Below are positions 62,990 to 64,000 of a stretch of 64,000 nucleotides of DNA, in pieces. The DNA comes from Octopus sinensis. Lineage: Eukaryota. Position numbers and translations under genes: made by a program. Location of the stretch: contig NC_042998.1 in NCBI RefSeq assembly GCF_006345805.1, positions 60,512,001 through 60,576,000 on the forward strand, in the 5' to 3' direction. Every line of letters begins with the position of its first letter. Position 1 is the first letter of the stretch. Below the pieces are notes generated by a model. It worked only from the letters and a program-made list of their open reading frames with translations, had not been told where the DNA came from and did no database searches.

Positions 62990-64000
62990 AGGAGACAGAG
63001 GAAAGACCAAGAGAAAAGGAAAACGGTTTGAGGTGGGGGGGGGGGGGATTCACATGTAGTTACATTTTGAAATATATATACATATATACACGACGGGCTT
63101 TTTTCAGTTTCCGTCTACTAAATCTAGTCACAAAGCTTTGATCGGCTCAAGGCTATAAAAGACGACACTTGCTGAAGGTGCCACATAGTGGGACTGAACC
63201 CGGGAACCATGTGGTTAGGAAGCAAGCTTCTTACCACACAGCCACGTCTACGCCTAAAATTTGCATCTCAAGTTTAGCATTGTTCTTCAGAGCCAGAAAT
63301 TACTGAAGATACCCCCAAACAACTCGTAATCCACTACAAAATCCAATGGGATTGTTCTATTAACTTGACTGATTGGCTGGAAATCGGACTCTGCTCTCAG
63401 GCATTCTATCTCCTCTCTCTGCCTTTTCTTTCCATGGCTTTAGTGTGTGGAGTTACGAAGCTTGGTCTCGGGTTCACTCCTACTATGCGACACCTTGGGC
63501 AAGTGTCTTCTGGTATAGCACCGGGCCGATTAATGTCTTGAGTGTAAATTTGTTAAACAGAAACTGTGTGGAAGCTAGTCGTACCTTTGTGTTTGTTTGT
63601 TCCCCGCAACTTCTTGACATCTGGTATGGATTTGTTTCTTCCTTCCCCGTAAATAGCAGTTCGGCAAAAGAAACCGATAGAGTTAGTACCTGAGTTAATA
63701 GTGTCTGTTATGTAATCATAACAACAAACAAGAACAATCAACATTTCCCATTGTCTCCCTTGATACAAGGACATTCAGTAAGTTTCCCGCCACAACAAAT
63801 ACCTTGTACAACAACGGCAGTCTAATAAAGTATCTCGTATCGTTAACACGTTTTTTCAGTCTCTCTCATTTTCTTAATCTTTCATACTAAGTACTCACTA
63901 TTTCCTTTATTACTCAATACATTATATATATATATATATAACAACAACAGTGTCTTGAGGTTGATTTGTTCGATTAAAACCCCTGAAGGCGGTGCTCTAG

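Overview
Repeat-saturated, AT-rich animal DNA. The SINE families, microsatellite load and transposon mix suggest Octopus or another coleoid cephalopod, which is an inference. The one host gene I can support is the 3' part of a chitin-binding (CBM14/peritrophin-A) protein: three phase-1 exons at 11623-11814, 14271-14477 and 15583-15749 (+). The rest is mobile DNA: three stacked R4/Dong-like RLE LINEs inside (TAA)n, two Tx1/L1-like copies inside (TATC)n, RTE fragments (one ending in three C2H2 fingers), two Penelope-like RT relics, a mariner, Tc1-like, Gypsy, CR1 and Helitron relics, MITE/foldback elements and many tRNA-derived SINEs. The most interesting layer is non-coding: several hammerhead ribozyme (HHR) motifs. 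(i) A 584-bp tandem array has an intact type I HHR in each unit, like a retrozyme. (ii) Several minimal type I HHRs have palindromic stem III. (iii) At 62526-62587 all HHR core motifs and complementary stems are present, but in a strand order that is not a circular permutation of types I/II/III, implying a pseudoknotted or strand-swapped-dimer hammerhead. The six best-preserved HHR-bearing segments each run into a (TA)n tract at their 3' side. All structures were read by eye; no folding, alignment or database search was run, and many mobile-element boundaries are approximate.
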